Positions 35,489-39,044 of a DNA stretch of 39,044 bases are shown piece after piece. Made by a program: the position numbers and the translations under genes. Each line of letters starts with the position of its first letter. The stretch's first letter is position 1. This DNA is from Nemertoderma westbladi (Eukaryota; Animalia; Xenacoelomorpha): the NCBI GenBank assembly GCA_032718475.1, contig JAUCBJ010008144.1, forward strand, positions 1 through 39,044, read 5' to 3'. A model generated the notes under the pieces. It did not search any database. It was not told the DNA's origin and saw only the letters and a list, made by a program, of their open reading frames with translations.

Positions 35489-36998
35489 ATGTCAATTATT
35501 TTACGATGTCTAAATTTCTGAAATTTAGGATTACTTTCCTTTACTTTATTACTGTTATTAAGCAGTAGTCCAACTGATATTAGGACCTAATTGATGTATA
35601 ACGGGCCTACTATTTTATAAATCGGTTTGAGTTGATTTATAATATATATATACCTGTATAATGGGTTTTTGACAATATTTGAAATAAATGTTATTATTTC
35701 TGGTAAGGAGTCACTACACAGAAGCTGAACGCTCTCAGTGGAGTGCTACCTGTTAGACACTAAAACAAATAATTCTACTTTACTAAGTTACTTATTACTA
35801 CAAATTACATACAATTACTGTGTAGGATTACAATTTCTAAATAAACACCAAAAGTTACACGTACAAATTTTAGGGTAATTTTACAGGAAATCTACAAACC
35901 AGCCTAACAAGGAGTTAGAATTTCTGGTTATTACAAACGGACAGGATACTACGGTATTTGAAAATAATTAAGCAGTAGTAAATAAATTGCATTGTCTAGA
36001 TAAGAAAATACCACCGTCTGACGACTTATAGTCTTTAGCTCTACAGCTCTATAAGTACTACGTTATGTACCCGGAGTGTCCTTACCTAGAAGTTAATTAC
36101 CGCAGCCAACCAGAGCTAACGTGCCTATTAACCACTTTACAACACAAATATACTGCCTACACACCAATTACCTTCGGAAAGTACTGTACACTAAACCCTA
36201 AATTAGGTACAAGTACTTATACAACAAATAACCAGCAGTTAAATATACTTGTACAGCTAAAAGAACCACGGTATCTGCTGGAGTGACTAGAGCATAAAAT
36301 CACCAGTCTTTACCTACGCCAAGCAGCCCTGATGTAGTACCGGGGTTAGTTTAACAATAACTGTATGTATAACAAGCACAATTACTGTAGGAATAAACTT
36401 GGGGAGTTATGTAGGTTGCGAATACTCGCATAGACTCTGAATAATAAATATTACGCTACCCGTGCAGACTATACAGACAAAATACAGACCAAACGCTGGC
36501 AGACTGCTATCAAGCCTAAATAAACTACAGTATATGCAGACTCCGAAATGGTTAGTTAGTATGCGTTCTAACCGAGTAGTATGACTTATTCTTTCGGGGG
36601 AGGGGGGGGGGGGATTTACCTTACAGCACTGGATGCCCCCACCTTCCTAACTAGTACTTTATCGGACATACACTCTACACACACTGCAATCGCTTCAGAC
36701 TCAACAACAGTCAGACAACAATCCAGCCTACAAATTATTTGTACAATTTGAGCGGGCTTACACGCCTTCTGCTCAATATTACACTTCAGATAAATAAAAC
36801 TGACAGAAATATATAAGCTCTAAAAGAAACAAGGGGTGTACAGTCCCTAATCTCTTAAACAGCCTACCAATATACAATATCACAATCGAAATAATACTAG
36901 TACCGGTAAGTACTGGTTCGGGTGGTTAGGTAGTTAGGCCTACAGGTTACCGTCCGACCGGTACAGTCGAATTTATTGCCTATGTGCAATCAAAACAG

Positions 36999-37009
36999 AA
37001 ATCTATTAC
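36999..37009 (-). promoter_or_regulatory. Non-tRNA primer-binding site candidate (complementary to an LTR-internal 11-mer)
   Basis: On the minus strand GTAATAGATTT directly follows the 5' LTR, with no TGG. It is the exact complement of minus-strand AAATCTATTAC at 37748-37738. Confidence 0.6.
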
Positions 37010-38116
37010 TGTTCGCGCTTTAAGACCTTTAGCAGTTTAACCTGCCAATTTTAGGTGTCCTCTTGTTTATAAATCGACTTTAGCCTATAACAAGTATCCA
37101 GTGCACATGAAGCAACATTAGCCGAAGCCAGTCTATGCGCGATCATTCACCCACAGTTAAGGGAGACTGGATTCGGATGCTTTGAAGTGATTGCAGTGCA
37201 GACCTACGGTATTATTCGATTGATCGTTACTATATAATCTCTGACAATATTATTCACTTTCGGGGAAATATTAACAGTTCCTTTAGGACGTGGCGCTTTA
37301 AGTATAAAAACAGAGTTATGACTTATACTAAACACAACGAGATGGCTACTGATTTTTGTAAATAGCGCATTCTTTAGGAGATGCTTTATTATCTGTCACA
37401 CTACTGCATATGACTTCACACTGCTGCACACTGATCTGCCGACCGTCACTGAATTTGATCATATATAAGGAGGATAGCAACTGACACATGTAGGGATTAT
37501 GAAATAGCATTTAATTCACACTAAAACCACTATAATGTAAGTCGCAATTGCTACAGGTAACCGGTCCCTCTTACCTTCAATAATCAAGAAGATTGGGGTT
37601 TTATGATTATTTTTCGGTATTCTCCAAATATAACAACATATCCATCAACATATAACAATTAATAACAGACAGTAAACAGAAGTAAATTAGTGATAGTTTT
37701 ATTATACAGCAATGTTTCAGTTCAGATGTGTGACCAGGTAATAGATTTACGTTCTTGTAATCAAAGCCGTCTAATGTTTGGCCAAAGTCTGAAACTTCTA
37801 CAGAAGTACAGAAGAATTTCCTAAGCCGATGTTCTGAGGCTCAGAAAGGTAAACAAAAACCATAATGCATTGCGCGGTTTTCCGTAGGCCTCTGTACAAG
37901 ATAAAATGAAAATCGCTCTGATTGGCTGAGCTGAGCGAGCTGAACAAAGAGATGTTTACGTTTACAGTAAATCAGCTGACAGATTTCGTCATCTGAGTTC
38001 CAGTCTTTTAGAGTATTAGGCGCATTGCGGCAGAAAATGGCTTATTATGTCTGCTATAACACCTACACGGCATATTGCGCAGAAAATGACTGGTTATATC
38101 CGCAAAAGCTTTTACA
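37010..38116 (-). repeat. BEL 5' LTR (1107 bp)
   Basis: Direct repeat of 16619-17771. On the minus strand it has CCAAT at 37925-37921 and AATAAA at 37703-37698. Confidence 0.97.
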
Positions 38117-38347
38117 AGATGTTATCCATTTTTGATAGAGCTACCCAAGCTTTTGCTTTCCTAACTTCTATGCCCTTTTTGCTACTCTCTATCCATGATC
38201 CAAGGTACTGGAAGCCGTCGACCTTCCTTACTTGATTATTATCAATGGTTGTCAAGTTTCCATCAACATTAAAGGTCATGAGTTCGGTCTTGGTAGCATT
38301 TATATGCAATCCAACCTCCTTAGCAGCCCTAATAATAATGAGCCTCT
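38117..38347 (-). mobile_element. RTE-clade LINE fragment, 5' part
   Basis: AAKEVGLHINATKTELM...FQYLGSWI...RKAKAWVALSKMDNI continues in frame into WKSDLS at 16613 across the TSD. The right TSD copy AATAATTGATA is at 38348-38358. Confidence 0.85.
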
Positions 38348-38485
38348 AATAATTGATAATAACTTATAATTGTTACTAATATATGTTACAAACCTTATGT
38401 TATTTTTTTTATAGTTAATAAAACTTATTTGAATGATATTGATTGACATATTTTCAATAATAATATTTACGTTATATTAACAAGT

Positions 38486-38671
38486 ATGGCGAGCCCGTCT
38501 AACACGGAAGATTACTTTGATCAGGAATCAGTAAGTGGGGAGCAAGAGATATCGAACCTCATTCGCAAGATGCAGAAAATTAATGAGGTTACTAACCACC
38601 AAACCAAGTTTAACTTTCCTAGAATAGTTGTAATTGGAGAGCAAAGCTGTGGTAAAACCAGTATTATTGAG
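38486..38671 (+). CDS. First coding exon of a dynamin-superfamily GTPase (dynamin/Drp/Mx-like)
   Basis: ATG...FPRIVVIGEQSCGKTSIIE matches the dynamin-family G1 region (LP.I.V.G.QS.GKSS.LE) and is followed by the donor GAG|GTAAAT. Downstream exons were not identified in the window. Confidence 0.8.
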
Positions 38672-39044
38672 GTAAATTATGTATAGTACTGTTTTTCTAC
38701 ATATTATTTGTTATCAGATTTATTGCACATTTACATTTAGGCCTATTACACATAATAGGATTTGTGCGCAAAAATTTATTGGCTAGAAACAATTGAAAAG
38801 GGGAAAATACCCTGATATTGTTCAAAGTGGAAAAGTAAAATTAACTATAAAATACTGTAGTAAAACTCATTTTAATGCTCGCTTTAAATTAGTTTATCAA
38901 CTACGTATAATTTTTACCCTGTTTCGTTGTTTTGGCGTTTGTTTTAACCAAGGGGCAGTTATAATACCCGAAGGTTAAGCCGAGCCGAGGGTTTAAACTG
39001 TATTTAATGAGGGGGGGGGGGGGAGTTGCATCTACTGTAGAGCA

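Larger units (their letters stand above)
16619..38116 (-). mobile_element. Full-length BEL/Pao LTR retrotransposon with a large accessory ORF
   Basis: Paired TG..CA LTRs and a 5-bp TSD AGATG (16614-18, 38117-21). Domains: DUF1759-like gag, triple Cys-His knuckle, protease LLDSGS, BEL-type RT (DIEGMFLQV, YMDD), Pao RNase H (LHVFGDAS, WRHCPGTINPADIASRG) and integrase. Confidence 0.97.

Noticed and set aside
38717-38978. Candidate second exon of the dynamin-like gene
   Set aside because: The AG acceptors tested give early stops or lack the expected LPRG..TR motif.

Overview
This is AT-rich eukaryotic (probably invertebrate animal) genomic DNA dominated by nested transposable elements. The centrepiece is a complete BEL/Pao LTR retrotransposon on the minus strand (16619-38116; ~1.1 kb TG..CA LTRs about 98.5% identical by manual comparison; 5-bp TSD AGATG). 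It is ~18.3 kb after removing a nested LINE. It carries a decayed gag-PR-RT-RNaseH-IN polyprotein. In the env position it carries an unexpected ~1,400-codon accessory ORF with a WRN/Mut-7/EXD-like DEDDy 3'-5' exonuclease domain, CCHC-type zinc knuckles and a basic tail. It has no tRNA-type primer-binding site; instead, the 11 nt after the 5' LTR are perfectly complementary to an 11-mer inside the LTR, resembling Tf1-type self-priming. The BEL element sits inside an RTE LINE fragment and itself contains a young RTE-X-like LINE with an intact ORF2. The left 16 kb holds an RTE endonuclease fragment, a tRNA-derived SINE, two exons of an unidentified gene, a Penelope GIY-YIG remnant, a degenerate Gypsy element, several MITEs and a perfect palindrome. 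A coding exon of a dynamin-superfamily GTPase starts at the right end. All family assignments come from motif recognition by eye; no database searches were run.
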